Positions 46,967-56,803 of a stretch of DNA of 64,000 nucleotides are shown here, piece by piece (the first letter of the stretch is position 1; each line of letters starts with the position of its first letter). The position numbers were made by a program, and so were the translations under genes. Source of the DNA: a virus. The DNA is taken from positions 32,001 to 96,000 of the IMG/VR virus record IMGVR_UViG_3300005573_001011. The stretch is one strand, 5' to 3'. A model generated the notes under the pieces. The model did no database searches. It had not been told where the DNA came from and saw only the letters and a program-made list of their open reading frames with translations.

Positions 46967-48417
46967 AGTTAGATTTTCCAATTAGGTCCTGTACTATTGA
47001 CTTAACTGAAAGATGCAACCTACGATGTAAGTACTGCTTTACTTATGGAGTGGGCAAGCGAGATTTAACTTTCGAACAAGGAAAAAAGACTATCGATTGG
47101 TTATTCCGCGATGAAGTAAGTCAAGCCGACGACATTAGTATAGATTGGTGGGGGGGTGAGCCTTTCTTAAAGTTTGACTTGATGAGACGCTTGAGTGACT
47201 ATGTTTTAGAGAAAGCACATAAGACTAGGAAAAGAGTAATGATGGGTGGGACATCTAACGTTACTCTGTGGACACCAAAAGTAATCGATTGGATGAATAA
47301 CCATAACATCTATTTCCTAATGTCTATAGACGGCGTTGGCGCAGCACAAGATACATTTAGACCGATGGCAGGGAAGAAAAAGAGCAGTTGGAACGTAATA
47401 AAGAGAAGATTGCCGTATATCGTTAGTAAGATTCCGTTTATAAAGTCTAGATCATCCCCTGCACCAGCAACGATACATCTTTTTGCAGATTCAGTAAAAG
47501 AGCTCTATAATACTTACAAGCTAAAAGACCAAACGTTTTCTCCAGTCTTCGAGATGGAGTGGACTGACGATAAACTCAAGATAGCGAAAGAGCAGTTATT
47601 TGCACTAGCTGATTTCATGATTGAGTTAGCGAAGAAGAGTGAAAGACTAGCAGTTAAGCATTTTGACGATGGAGCAGCAAAGCTTGAAACGGGATCAATA
47701 AAACCAGAATGGCCATGTGGAGCTGGGAGGTTCTACGTTGGTATCGGTGTCGATGGATACATTTATCCATGTCATCGGTTTAATAAGTATGATCGGCCTG
47801 TAAGTGAGAAGTACTGTATTGGTAGTATAGACGAAGGAATTACTAGACCAGACTTAAGAGAACCGTTCTTAAAATTCTTAGACTTGGCACCTCCAGAGAA
47901 GTGCAAAAACTGTAAGTGGTACGGTAGAACGTGCAATATCGGCTGCTATGCTATTAACTTTGACTTAACTGGAAGCATCTTCACTCCTGGAGAAAATCAT
48001 TGCAGATGGATGGAAGTGCAAGGTGAAGCTATTGAATACTTTTACAAGAAAATTAAAGAAAATAATCTACCGCTTCCAAAACCGGCTTTTCCACAGCCAC
48101 AAATAGGAGGAATGAGAATGGCAGGGTCATGTATATGCAACAATATGTGTTACTTAGAGGGAACTGAGAGAGAAGTAAAGACAGTAGACTGGTCTACAGG
48201 ATTCGCTTGTCAGTGCTATAACACGAACTACGCTGGTGGTTTAGCAGACCAAGCAAGGCAATTAACTCAAGAAGAGATGCTAAAGATTTCACCTCGTCCA
48301 GCTAGTCAGTATGAGCTATTACAGAAGTTGGTAAACAGACTAGACGAAATGCAAGAGACTAACAAGCAGCTTCTTGATGTGATTACGAAGCTCGCAAGTT
48401 CGTTAGCAGAAAAGTAA
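46963..48417 (+). CDS. Radical SAM/SPASM maturase with Cys-motif C-terminal extension
   Basis: CNLRCKYC, GGEP, SIDG; SPASM CGAG...YPCHRF...CKNC.....CNIGC...C; tail CICNNMCY and CQCYNTNY. Confidence 0.9.
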   Translation: MKLDFPIRSCTIDLTERCNLRCKYCFTYGVGKRDLTFEQGKKTIDWLFRDEVSQADDISIDWWGGEPFLKFDLMRRLSDYVLEKAHKTRKRVMMGGTSNVTLWTPKVIDWMNNHNIYFLMSIDGVGAAQDTFRPMAGKKKSSWNVIKRRLPYIVSKIPFIKSRSSPAPATIHLFADSVKELYNTYKLKDQTFSPVFEMEWTDDKLKIAKEQLFALADFMIELAKKSERLAVKHFDDGAAKLETGSIKPEWPCGAGRFYVGIGVDGYIYPCHRFNKYDRPVSEKYCIGSIDEGITRPDLREPFLKFLDLAPPEKCKNCKWYGRTCNIGCYAINFDLTGSIFTPGENHCRWMEVQGEAIEYFYKKIKENNLPLPKPAFPQPQIGGMRMAGSCICNNMCYLEGTEREVKTVDWSTGFACQCYNTNYAGGLADQARQLTQEEMLKISPRPASQYELLQKLVNRLDEMQETNKQLLDVITKLASSLAEK

Positions 48418-48442
48418 GACTAAAAAAGAGAGGTAGAAGTAC

Positions 48443-49204
48443 ATGAAAGTGAAATTACTCGTACTAGCAGCTATCTTCTTAGCTGTTAGTCCTTTCCAAG
48501 TAGAAGGACAGGATAAAATCCCAGCACAAAAGCCATGTCCGAAAACTACAATGGTCACCGATTGCTTGAAATGTCATGCTGTCGGTACATTTAAAGTTAT
48601 CAGACCCCCGTCTGCTTTTTCTCACGTTGAGTTTCCTGTTGCTATGGAGTTAAGGCAGAGTGAAGACGGGAAAGTATACGGAATTTACAGACTACGAGAC
48701 GTTAATGCAGACGAAGTAGATCGGTTCCTCTATTTCCTGAAGAGTGCAGGCATCAAGCATGCTGTAATCGAAATTTTCAGTCCCGGAGGTAGTCTCTTCG
48801 GTGCTCAAAAGATAGTTGCTCACATGGAAGAGTTCCAAAATTCTGGAGGAATTGTAGAAACTAGAATATATGGAGCTGCCTTGTCAGCTGGTTTCTACAT
48901 ATTTGTAGCAGGAACTAAAGGGTACAGATTTGTCCACCCGGATGCTGAGCTGATGTGGCATGAGCTAATATCTTTAGAAGGAGTTGGATTTGTCTTTAAA
49001 ACTCCATCGGACTCCGAAGAGAGATCTAGGATCTTAAGACATCTTCAAGACGTTAGAAATTCGTATTTAGCTGCGAGGTCGAAAATAACTAAAGAAAAGC
49101 TTGACGAAATGGTTAGAAAAAGAGAGTGGTGGATGACGGGAAAAGATGCTATAAAGTATGGCTTTGCCGACGGCTACATTGGCATTAGCTCTAATAAAAA
49201 GTAA
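48443..49204 (+). CDS. ClpP-like (S14) peptidase with signal peptide and CxxCH motif
   Basis: SPGG, ALSAG, MWH and 'WMTGKDAIKYGFAD'; N-terminal CLKCH. Confidence 0.8.
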   Translation: MKVKLLVLAAIFLAVSPFQVEGQDKIPAQKPCPKTTMVTDCLKCHAVGTFKVIRPPSAFSHVEFPVAMELRQSEDGKVYGIYRLRDVNADEVDRFLYFLKSAGIKHAVIEIFSPGGSLFGAQKIVAHMEEFQNSGGIVETRIYGAALSAGFYIFVAGTKGYRFVHPDAELMWHELISLEGVGFVFKTPSDSEERSRILRHLQDVRNSYLAARSKITKEKLDEMVRKREWWMTGKDAIKYGFADGYIGISSNKK

Positions 49205-49215
49205 GGAGAATACTA

Positions 49216-49788
49216 GTGCTTATTGTTTCTTCAGTCTTTGACAATGAAAACAATCCAGTCGTTGGTGAGTCAGATAGCACAAGCTTAAAAATCATGAGAG
49301 AATCTGACGGATTTTTTTACGACTGGCATGACTCTACTTTCAAGAGTTCTGGATGGTTGGAAGTAGAGACTACAATGGAAGAGACGAGCCCAACGGTAGC
49401 TCCAGGATACTACCAGAAAAACGTCAACGAGAGTAGTTGGCAAGACGACGTTTACTTGTTAATCTTTAACTTTAACAATGGTTCGGTAATTGTAAATGGG
49501 TCTCAAGAAGCAGAAGTAGTAGATGGAAAGATAGTCAGTTTCTCAACGAGCGACAACGTAAAAGTTATTGCAGAAGACCAGAAAAGGTTGTTAGGGTTAG
49601 TGCATGAGAACATATTTATTGATAATACAGAGTACGACGCAACAGGAAATTTAATAGCAGCGAGAGTTAGAATTTACTCAGATGCAAGCTCTGTCGGAAC
49701 AGACTTGAACGTTATAGGAACTTACACGATTCAAGTAGTTACATCTGGAGCTGGAAAGTTCGTTTCGTGGAGTCAGAGAAGAGAATAA
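49216..49788 (+). CDS. Putative virion structural protein
   Basis: Beta-rich and acidic; AAGGAG RBS. Confidence 0.55.
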   Translation: MLIVSSVFDNENNPVVGESDSTSLKIMRESDGFFYDWHDSTFKSSGWLEVETTMEETSPTVAPGYYQKNVNESSWQDDVYLLIFNFNNGSVIVNGSQEAEVVDGKIVSFSTSDNVKVIAEDQKRLLGLVHENIFIDNTEYDATGNLIAARVRIYSDASSVGTDLNVIGTYTIQVVTSGAGKFVSWSQRRE

Positions 49789-49803
49789 AGGAGACATTTT
49801 TAA

Positions 49804-49995
49804 GTGCAACCAGTAGCAATAGCAACATTAGGAATGTTTTCCGGGGTTGGTATAGGAGTTGGCAGTAGTGGTCCTGTGCTAATTCCAGAAGAAAAGAAAA
49901 AACCAGTACTCCGAGTCTTGAATGTAGAAGTCTCCACTTCTGAGAGTTCGAATCAAGAATCTATTGTAATTCGGGGAGTTATTAATGGAGACTAA
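49804..49995 (+). CDS. Small hypothetical protein
   Basis: AAGGAG RBS, GTG start. Confidence 0.6.
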   Translation: MQPVAIATLGMFSGVGIGVGSSGPVLIPEEKKKPVLRVLNVEVSTSESSNQESIVIRGVINGD

Positions 49996-50000
49996 AGTAC

Positions 50001-50669
50001 ATGCTGGAAATAAGCAGTTCAAAAAATAAGACTATAAAGTTTCAGATCGAGCTGTCTGGAGCAAACGTAGCAGAACTCGACGGAAAGTTAAGGCTTATAA
50101 TCGACAATGTTGAGTACGGCTTTCCTGTCCAGATCAGTTCTGAAACTATTGTAGCAGAACTACCAGCTTTAAATCAAGTAGTAAAGAAGTCTCTCAAAGA
50201 GGGAGACGAAATCGAAGGGAGACTTGACGTAGTAAGTGGTGACACGATTATAGTTCCCTGGACTGGTAAGTTCGTAATCAGGAATCCTTTAAAGTTAGAA
50301 GTAAAGTCAGTTGTGGGTGACGTAAAAGAAGTAAAGAAGCCTGCTCTAAGAGTAAAAGAAGCAGAGTCGTCTCCAGAGGAACCTAAGAAAGAAAGAGTGA
50401 AGAAGAGTAAAAAACTAGACTCAGAAAAAAGTAAAAAGCTAAGCTCAGAAAAAGAAGAGAAGCTATTAGAAAATGTAAAAGTCACTAAAGAAATGGTGAT
50501 GAGATTTATAGAGCTAAAAGGAACGAAGAACCCGAAGATGAAAGAAGTCATCTATAACAGAGCTTTGCAAGAAGCTAAAAGTGACGACCCAAAAGACGTC
50601 TTAATGAAGGTAGTAAACTTCTACAAGTCATTGAGGAAAAATAGTGAGCAAAAAAGTTTTGGAACTTAG
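50001..50669 (+). CDS. Hypothetical protein
   Basis: Operon-packed ORF. Confidence 0.7.
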   Translation: MLEISSSKNKTIKFQIELSGANVAELDGKLRLIIDNVEYGFPVQISSETIVAELPALNQVVKKSLKEGDEIEGRLDVVSGDTIIVPWTGKFVIRNPLKLEVKSVVGDVKEVKKPALRVKEAESSPEEPKKERVKKSKKLDSEKSKKLSSEKEEKLLENVKVTKEMVMRFIELKGTKNPKMKEVIYNRALQEAKSDDPKDVLMKVVNFYKSLRKNSEQKSFGT

Positions 50670-50836
50670 TATTGGGTCTATCTCTTTAGTTAAAAAGCAA
50701 GAAGTTAGTGAGCCAGACAAGTCTTATATAAATGAAGAAGCTACACAGAAATTTAAAACTTTGCAAGCACCCGTAAGAAGTAGGGAACTTGCAATTACTA
50801 TTTGTAGAGAGAACAGAAAACTAGGGAGAGGATAGT

Positions 50837-51073
50837 ATGCCAGTGCCTAGTCTCAAGACAGCTATTGAAATCTTAAGAGATTTCGACGTCGAGTCAGACT
50901 CCACCAGTGAACTTCGAAGAGCTGCTTCAATAGTTTTAGCAAACAATATAAGACCTAAGGACATCATGATTGCAATAGACTTAATCGAAGATGAAGATTA
51001 CGATGAAGCAGAAGAGCATATTGACAAAGCTATCGAAGATCTCGAAGAGATCTATAAAAAACGTGGTTATTAG
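50837..51073 (+). CDS. Small acidic protein
   Basis: GAGG RBS; AACA-N6-TA upstream. Confidence 0.65.
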   Translation: MPVPSLKTAIEILRDFDVESDSTSELRRAASIVLANNIRPKDIMIAIDLIEDEDYDEAEEHIDKAIEDLEEIYKKRGY

Positions 51074-51085
51074 AGGAGAAAAAAC

Positions 51086-51379
51086 ATGGCAACTGAGTTA
51101 GAACTAGTGGCCACAAAGTTCTTGAACGAGTTAGCTTCTGACTCTGCTTTTAAGACTCTGCTTTACTTTGGGGAACTGATCGAAAACAAGCAAGATCCGG
51201 AAGCAGTCGAAGTTCGTTTGTATGAACAAATAGCTAATCTAGTAGAAGAGTTAAAGAGACTAGAAGCAAACGTAAGGAGCTACGTTCGAGAATGTAGAGG
51301 GACTCCCCTTGGCGACAAACTGAGTCAACTCTACGAAGAGGCATCTTTCGACGGAAGCGGCTCGCTTCTAAAAGACTAA
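51086..51379 (+). CDS. Hypothetical protein
   Basis: GAGGAG RBS. Confidence 0.7.
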   Translation: MATELELVATKFLNELASDSAFKTLLYFGELIENKQDPEAVEVRLYEQIANLVEELKRLEANVRSYVRECRGTPLGDKLSQLYEEASFDGSGSLLKD

Positions 51380-51532
51380 CGACACTTTTCTTAAACACAC
51401 CTGCATTAAGAAACTTCTACATTTTTTCCAGAATATTTTCAATATGTTACAAGAGTGAAAATCGTCTTTTTTAGTGGTTCGTTAGTATTACAAAGACTTC
51501 TTTCTGGTTAATCCAAGAGGGGAGATAACTCT

Positions 51533-51793
51533 ATGGAATCTAAGTGTTCTTTTTGTAAGATGATAAAAGAGAAAAAAGCCTGGGAGGAAGACGGATTTGT
51601 CGGTTTGTCGTGCACTCCCTGCAAGAATGTCTTTGTCACTTGCAGAGAACATAAGCCGAAACTGACGGAGCAAGAGCTAGAAAAGGCTAAAAAGATAGTA
51701 CAAAAGCATCATCCAGATTTCGAAATAATTACTTTAAATGCGAATAGGAATCTGTGGCATTGGTACTGTTATGCTAGGAAGAAAGACAAATGA
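51533..51793 (+). CDS. HIT-like/Zn-binding small protein
   Basis: CSFC, CTPC, EH, HW. Confidence 0.5.
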   Translation: MESKCSFCKMIKEKKAWEEDGFVGLSCTPCKNVFVTCREHKPKLTEQELEKAKKIVQKHHPDFEIITLNANRNLWHWYCYARKKDK

Positions 51794-52512
51794 AAGTTAC
51801 AGTTCTTGGAACATGCTGTTCTGTGCACTTTCCTCGCCCAGGATGCACTTGCAAATCGTGTAGAGATCCCATTTTTCACAGAAGAGTGCACTCGTCTATT
51901 CTCATAGACAATATAATGATTGACTGTGGAAAAGATTGGGTCGAAGTTCCAGATGTCGTTAAACATATCATTATAACTCACTCCCATCCAGACCACGCCG
52001 GTGGCTTAAAATACAATCTAGACAAAGAACTTTACTTTTCTCCTGCTACGTTTAAAACTTTAAGAAACGTAGTAAAAATTCCTGACGAGAAACCTGTAGT
52101 TTTCTTAGAGTACGGTAACACTATCTTATTAAGACACAAAAGAGTTACTTTATTTCCAGTTTTACATTCCACTGTTGCACCAGCTTCTGCAGTTAAAATA
52201 GAGAACCTTCTCTACTGCCCAGACGTTAGAGAGTTACTAGATAAGAGTGCTAGTCTGCATAAAGTAGATGTTTACATAGGTGACGGGTCGTCTTTAAAAA
52301 AGAACTTGTACTTCAAAGAAGGTATTGGTCATAAGTCTATGCTAAATCAGATGGAGATAGTAAAGGGAAGAGTCAAAAGGGTATACTTCACTCACGTAGG
52401 TCATATCGGGCTATCTCACGATGAAATTAATGACGAACTGCAAAAAGCTAATAAAAAATTTGGCTTTGTAGAAGTGAAACTCTTGAAAGAAGGAGATATC
52501 CTGCTTGTATGA
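51790..52512 (+). CDS. Metallo-beta-lactamase-fold hydrolase (PhnP-like)
   Basis: VLGT, CTCKSC, THSHPDHAGG, THVGH. Confidence 0.85.
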   Translation: MKVTVLGTCCSVHFPRPGCTCKSCRDPIFHRRVHSSILIDNIMIDCGKDWVEVPDVVKHIIITHSHPDHAGGLKYNLDKELYFSPATFKTLRNVVKIPDEKPVVFLEYGNTILLRHKRVTLFPVLHSTVAPASAVKIENLLYCPDVRELLDKSASLHKVDVYIGDGSSLKKNLYFKEGIGHKSMLNQMEIVKGRVKRVYFTHVGHIGLSHDEINDELQKANKKFGFVEVKLLKEGDILLV

Positions 52513-53198
52513 TGGATATAACGATGACTGCTACTGTGCGGCCAAACATTGTAGCACAAACTTTAGACTCGTTCTGTAAGAACCTCTTTAAAGATACTTC
52601 TAACTTTAGACTGATTATAAATATAGATCCAGTTGGTGAAAGAGACAAGACACAAGCAGACGTCTTGAATGTAGCTAAAAACTTCTTTACACATGTGGTT
52701 TATAATTTTCCTCTTAAGCCAAGCTTTCCTAAAGCAGTAATGTGGTGTTGGCACCAAGTCAATCCAGACACAGATTTCTTCTTCCATTTAGAAGACGACT
52801 GGATTATCCTTCGAGAAACTAGAATAGACCACATGGTAAAAATAATGGAAAAACATCCGCACCTTGCAGCATTAAGGCTCAATAAGTTTAGTAGTCATCC
52901 AACTGCTAAAGATAATGAACGATGTTATTTTTACGATGCAAAACTTTCTCTAAACCCTAGCCTTATGAGAGTTTCGTTCGTAAAAGGTGTTCTTCCTCTC
53001 ATGACGGAGAAAGAAAATCCGGAAAAGCAGCTTCGTAAAGGCCCGACAGAAAGAGGACAATTTGTAGCTAAGTGGAACTTTGGAGTTTATCTTGGAAGTG
53101 GTAGGTCTGCTCTTGTTCAAGACATTGGTAGACCTTGGTTAGAAAGAAGTCCCTTCCAAAGACAAACAGGGTTTCTGGTATGGCAAAAGAAAGTTTGA
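52509..53198 (+). CDS. GT-A glycosyltransferase
   Basis: HLEDDW, SLNPSL. Confidence 0.7.
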   Translation: MMDITMTATVRPNIVAQTLDSFCKNLFKDTSNFRLIINIDPVGERDKTQADVLNVAKNFFTHVVYNFPLKPSFPKAVMWCWHQVNPDTDFFFHLEDDWIILRETRIDHMVKIMEKHPHLAALRLNKFSSHPTAKDNERCYFYDAKLSLNPSLMRVSFVKGVLPLMTEKENPEKQLRKGPTERGQFVAKWNFGVYLGSGRSALVQDIGRPWLERSPFQRQTGFLVWQKKV

Positions 53199-53875
53199 CT
53201 GTAGTTATTCCAACGTACGAACCTTTACTTTCAGATACAGCAGAATTGTGCACGCAGATTTCTAGAAATACTCTTTTGCCAGAGAAAGTCGTCATAATCG
53301 ACAACACCGCTTCAAAGCAATTCGTCTGCCCGAAGTTAGACTTAGACTTAGAAGTAGTTTGGTTCGGCAAAAATATTGGAGTTAATAGATCTTGGAACTA
53401 CGGACTTAGCATAGCAAAAACCACTTTAGTGTCAGTACTTAATGCTGATATCTTTCTACCACAGCGATTCTTTGAGAAGATAGTCCAACCCTTTAGTGAC
53501 CAGAGCGTTGGTATTGTAGTTCCACTTAGTACTACTAAAAGAGAAGCATTCAGCTTTTCTGAAGAATGTAGTGAAGCGATAGCAACAGACTTTTTGGGTC
53601 GGCAGGGATGGGCATGGACAATTAGAAGAGCAGTTCTGGAAAAAGTTTCACCCATTCCAGAAGAGTTGCAAATGTTTTTTGGGGACGATTTTATTTTTGC
53701 TTGCGTGAGAGAACTTGGTTATAAAGTTGTTCTAGTTACGAACACTCTGGTTTTGCATAAAGTTGGTGTTAGTTCTAGTGTTGGTAGAAATACCGAAGTA
53801 GACAAGATCTATAAAAAAGAAAAACAAGAATGGAATAGAATTAAGCAAAATATAGGAGAGTATGTACGAAGATGA
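53180..53875 (+). CDS. GT2 glycosyltransferase
   Basis: VVIPT, IIDN, NIGVNRSWN, LNAD, FGDD. Confidence 0.8.
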   Translation: MAKESLTVVIPTYEPLLSDTAELCTQISRNTLLPEKVVIIDNTASKQFVCPKLDLDLEVVWFGKNIGVNRSWNYGLSIAKTTLVSVLNADIFLPQRFFEKIVQPFSDQSVGIVVPLSTTKREAFSFSEECSEAIATDFLGRQGWAWTIRRAVLEKVSPIPEELQMFFGDDFIFACVRELGYKVVLVTNTLVLHKVGVSSSVGRNTEVDKIYKKEKQEWNRIKQNIGEYVRR

Positions 53876-54414
53876 CATCTTTTCAAGAAGCACTAAAAGC
53901 GAACAAATTCAATGAGTTTTCTCTATTTCTAGTTGAGCTTGTTAAAGTTATGAAAGTTCATACGTATGTAGAGCTTGGTGTCTCAAGGGGCTACACTTTT
54001 AATAAGATTTCCCCGCACGTGGAAAAAGCTATTGCCGTAGACATTACACCAATGCCGTATGTAGCAAGATTGCCAAACGTAAGAGTATACACGATGTCTA
54101 CGCAAGATTTCAGTAAGGTATGGAAAGATCCGATTGACTTCTTATTTATAGATGCAGACCATAGAAAGGAAGCTGTCTTAAGAGACTTCTACCTTTTCTT
54201 ACCCTATGTCAAGACAAATACTGGCTTAATTGCTTTGCATGACACTTTACCAGCTTATAGAGAACTGCTTGACGATAAGTACTGTAGTAACGCATGGGAA
54301 GCAGTTAAGGAAATAAAAGAAGACCTGGGGAATACTATTGAAATGCTTTCTATTCCGAGTGGTTGGGCTGGATTAACTTTAGTAAGGAAAGTTTCAAAAC
54401 CACTACTTTTTTAG
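53872..54414 (+). CDS. Class I methyltransferase (Methyltransf_24-like)
   Basis: VELGVSRG, FIDADH, LHD. Confidence 0.85.
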   Translation: MTSFQEALKANKFNEFSLFLVELVKVMKVHTYVELGVSRGYTFNKISPHVEKAIAVDITPMPYVARLPNVRVYTMSTQDFSKVWKDPIDFLFIDADHRKEAVLRDFYLFLPYVKTNTGLIALHDTLPAYRELLDDKYCSNAWEAVKEIKEDLGNTIEMLSIPSGWAGLTLVRKVSKPLLF

Positions 54415-54430
54415 CATGGAAGTGCGTTAA

Positions 54431-55091
54431 ATGGTAGAATGCGACTATGTGAAGACCGAGTCATTTCTAAGAAGCATTCTGGGGGGAAGAAACTTACATA
54501 GTAGCGACTGTCTCTAGAAGCAGAAGTTCTTTCTATGTGGTCGAGACACCTGCCGCAAGATTGAGACTTGATATTGTAGATAATAACGACAGAACGGAAG
54601 AGAATATTCGACTAAGGAAAATAGCGGAAAGGAACAACGTTAACTTATCGAAACTATTAGTGTATTTTGAAATTGAAGGTAAAGTCTGTATTCTTACTGA
54701 GTGGATTGAAGGACAGACTCTTCTAGAGATCAGTTCTGCTGGTAAGGATACTCCTGACATGTATATCGAGTTTGGACGCGTAGTGGGAAAACTAAATTCT
54801 ATAAAGGAAGGTGAATTAGTTTTAGCAAACCCAGATATAAGACTTTCGAACGTTGTTGTAAACAGTGTTGGAGATATCTTTTTAGTAGACCATGAAATGC
54901 TGCAACTCCTACGACTAGAGGAATTATGGGATTACCTGGCTAGAGCTATGTTGTGGAAGAAGTGTATGGGTGGCATTAAAGAAAGAGTTGAAGCTTTCCT
55001 ATCTGGGTACTCTCAGTTTCACGACATAAAGCCGGTAACGGAGAAAATGCAATGGACAGAAACTATATCGTTAGAAAAGTACAAGAGCTAG
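54431..55091 (+). pseudogene. Kinase/phosphotransferase paralog split by a frameshift at a G6 tract
   Basis: ATG 54431 joins the 54537 ORF if the G run at 54481-54486 were G5; the joined protein aligns with the N-terminus of 7812. Confidence 0.65.
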
Positions 55092-55675
55092 CCCCGTGGT
55101 ACCAGACAATCGACTTTGACGGAGTAGTAAGTAACAATAAAAATAAGAGTTCCATAGATGTGTGGAACAAAATTAAAACTTTTCTGCCAGAATCTCTCGA
55201 AGGTATGCGAGTTCTTGACTTGGGTTCTAATGCTGGATTATACAGCGTATGTGCTGCTCTATTAGGTGCGGAAGTCGTTAGCATAGAAGCTGTCGAAAAG
55301 TATTGTAAACAAGCTCTTTTTGTGCAAGAATTCTTCGAAAATAAGTACAAGAAAAAGCTAAAGATTACTAATATTATTTCTGACATCTTAGTTATAGACT
55401 TTAGCAAGCTTGGGAAGTTCGACTACATTTTTGCAATAGCTATATTGTATCATATAGGTTCGAACTTAAAAGATTCGAAGAAAACTTTAGATGAGCAAGT
55501 TAGAGTTATAGGAGAGCTGTGCAAGATAAGCAATAATATAATTGTGCGTTCCAGGGTTAGTGGTTATAGAGACGAGAAGTTCTTTATCGATGTGTTTTCT
55601 AAGTTTGGTTTCGAAGCTGTTAAATCGATTCCAGAAGTTGGTCGAACGTTAACGCTTTTTCAGAGGTTACAATGA
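55052..55675 (+). CDS. SAM methyltransferase, paralog of 7187
   Basis: WYQTID, LPESLEG.RVLDLGSNAG, DFSKLGKFDY. Confidence 0.85.
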   Translation: MDRNYIVRKVQELAPWYQTIDFDGVVSNNKNKSSIDVWNKIKTFLPESLEGMRVLDLGSNAGLYSVCAALLGAEVVSIEAVEKYCKQALFVQEFFENKYKKKLKITNIISDILVIDFSKLGKFDYIFAIAILYHIGSNLKDSKKTLDEQVRVIGELCKISNNIIVRSRVSGYRDEKFFIDVFSKFGFEAVKSIPEVGRTLTLFQRLQ

Positions 55676-56238
55676 GACATTCTATTAGGGCGTTTGTGAA
55701 AATAGTTTCCGAAGAAATTCCACTCTCAGAACCAATTTATGAGTTTGGCTCATTGCAAGTTCCTGGTCAAGAAAAATTTGCGGATGTGAGAGTGTTCTTT
55801 CCAGGAAAAGAGTACGTTGGTTTCGATTTAAGAAGTGGTCCTGGTGTTGACAAAGTTTTAGACGTTTACCATATAACTGAAGACTATTATGGGAAAGCTG
55901 GAACAATTCTTTGTCTTGATACAATTGAGCATTTTAGCGACCCTCTAAGGGCATTCGATATTTTCTTCAACGTTCTAAAAGACGACGGAATTCTCGTCGT
56001 TAGTTCGGTAATGGCGTTCCCAATACATAACTATCCTTGCGATTATTGGAGGTTTACCCCGCAAGGATTTCATCTTCTGCTCTCGAGATTTAAAGCTAGA
56101 GTAGTAGAGTCTGCTGGAAAAGAAGATTTTCCCCATACGGTAGTCGGCATTGGATTCAAGAAGACAACTCCAGACTTAAGTCGTTTTATCGAAAGATTGA
56201 AAACTTGGAAAGAAAGCTTGAAGAACACACACAAATGA
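55672..56238 (+). CDS. Methyltransferase (type 11-like)
   Basis: EFGS, GPGVD, EH, HNYPCDYWRFTPQG. Confidence 0.75.
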   Translation: MRHSIRAFVKIVSEEIPLSEPIYEFGSLQVPGQEKFADVRVFFPGKEYVGFDLRSGPGVDKVLDVYHITEDYYGKAGTILCLDTIEHFSDPLRAFDIFFNVLKDDGILVVSSVMAFPIHNYPCDYWRFTPQGFHLLLSRFKARVVESAGKEDFPHTVVGIGFKKTTPDLSRFIERLKTWKESLKNTHK

Positions 56239-56337
56239 CTTTAAGCAAAAGAGGTTACTTAATCTGTAGAAATGCGAGCAAAGTAACTGAAAAAATTATT
56301 GAAACCAGTAGGAAAAGACGTTAGACAGGAGAAGAGT

Positions 56338-56679
56338 ATGAGAATGTGGAATGTAGATCCAAAACTCCTTTGCAGGCAGCACTTGTTAGGCGAACACTTA
56401 GAGATGCACATGTTTTTGGGTTGTCTGAAGAAGGGTATAAGCTTGAAGGGTTATGTGGAAAAAGGGCTAGTTGAATTAGACAAAATAGTAGCTAGACACG
56501 ACGAGCTAGCCGCGGAGATGAGAGCAAGGGGATTTTGTCATAAGAGTGAAATAAGCTGCCAGCAAGATCCACTTTGGTTTGGAGGTTGCATTGATATTGC
56601 TAGAAGTTTGCAAGATCTCTCTGACCGTTGCGTTGTGTGTAAAAAAAGAATAGAACGAGAGTTAGTCCTGCTACACTAG
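56338..56679 (+). CDS. Pyrimidine-dimer DNA glycosylase (T4 endonuclease V-like)
   Basis: MRMW.VDP..LCRQHLLGEH.E.H...RHDELAAEM..RG. Confidence 0.75.
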   Translation: MRMWNVDPKLLCRQHLLGEHLEMHMFLGCLKKGISLKGYVEKGLVELDKIVARHDELAAEMRARGFCHKSEISCQQDPLWFGGCIDIARSLQDLSDRCVVCKKRIERELVLLH

Positions 56680-56803
56680 ACTGATGGAAAATAGTAGAAT
56701 GTTATGGGCATTTTAGAGTGTGAGTCTGCTAAAAAGTAAAGACCTTAGAAAAGATACTTGTCACTAAGGTTGACAAAATCATTATCCAAAAGAGGTAAAA
56801 AAA

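Noticed and set aside
51380-51530. AT-rich intergenic gap as a tRNA or ncRNA
   Set aside because: No cloverleaf or strong stem is visible; it is probably a promoter region.
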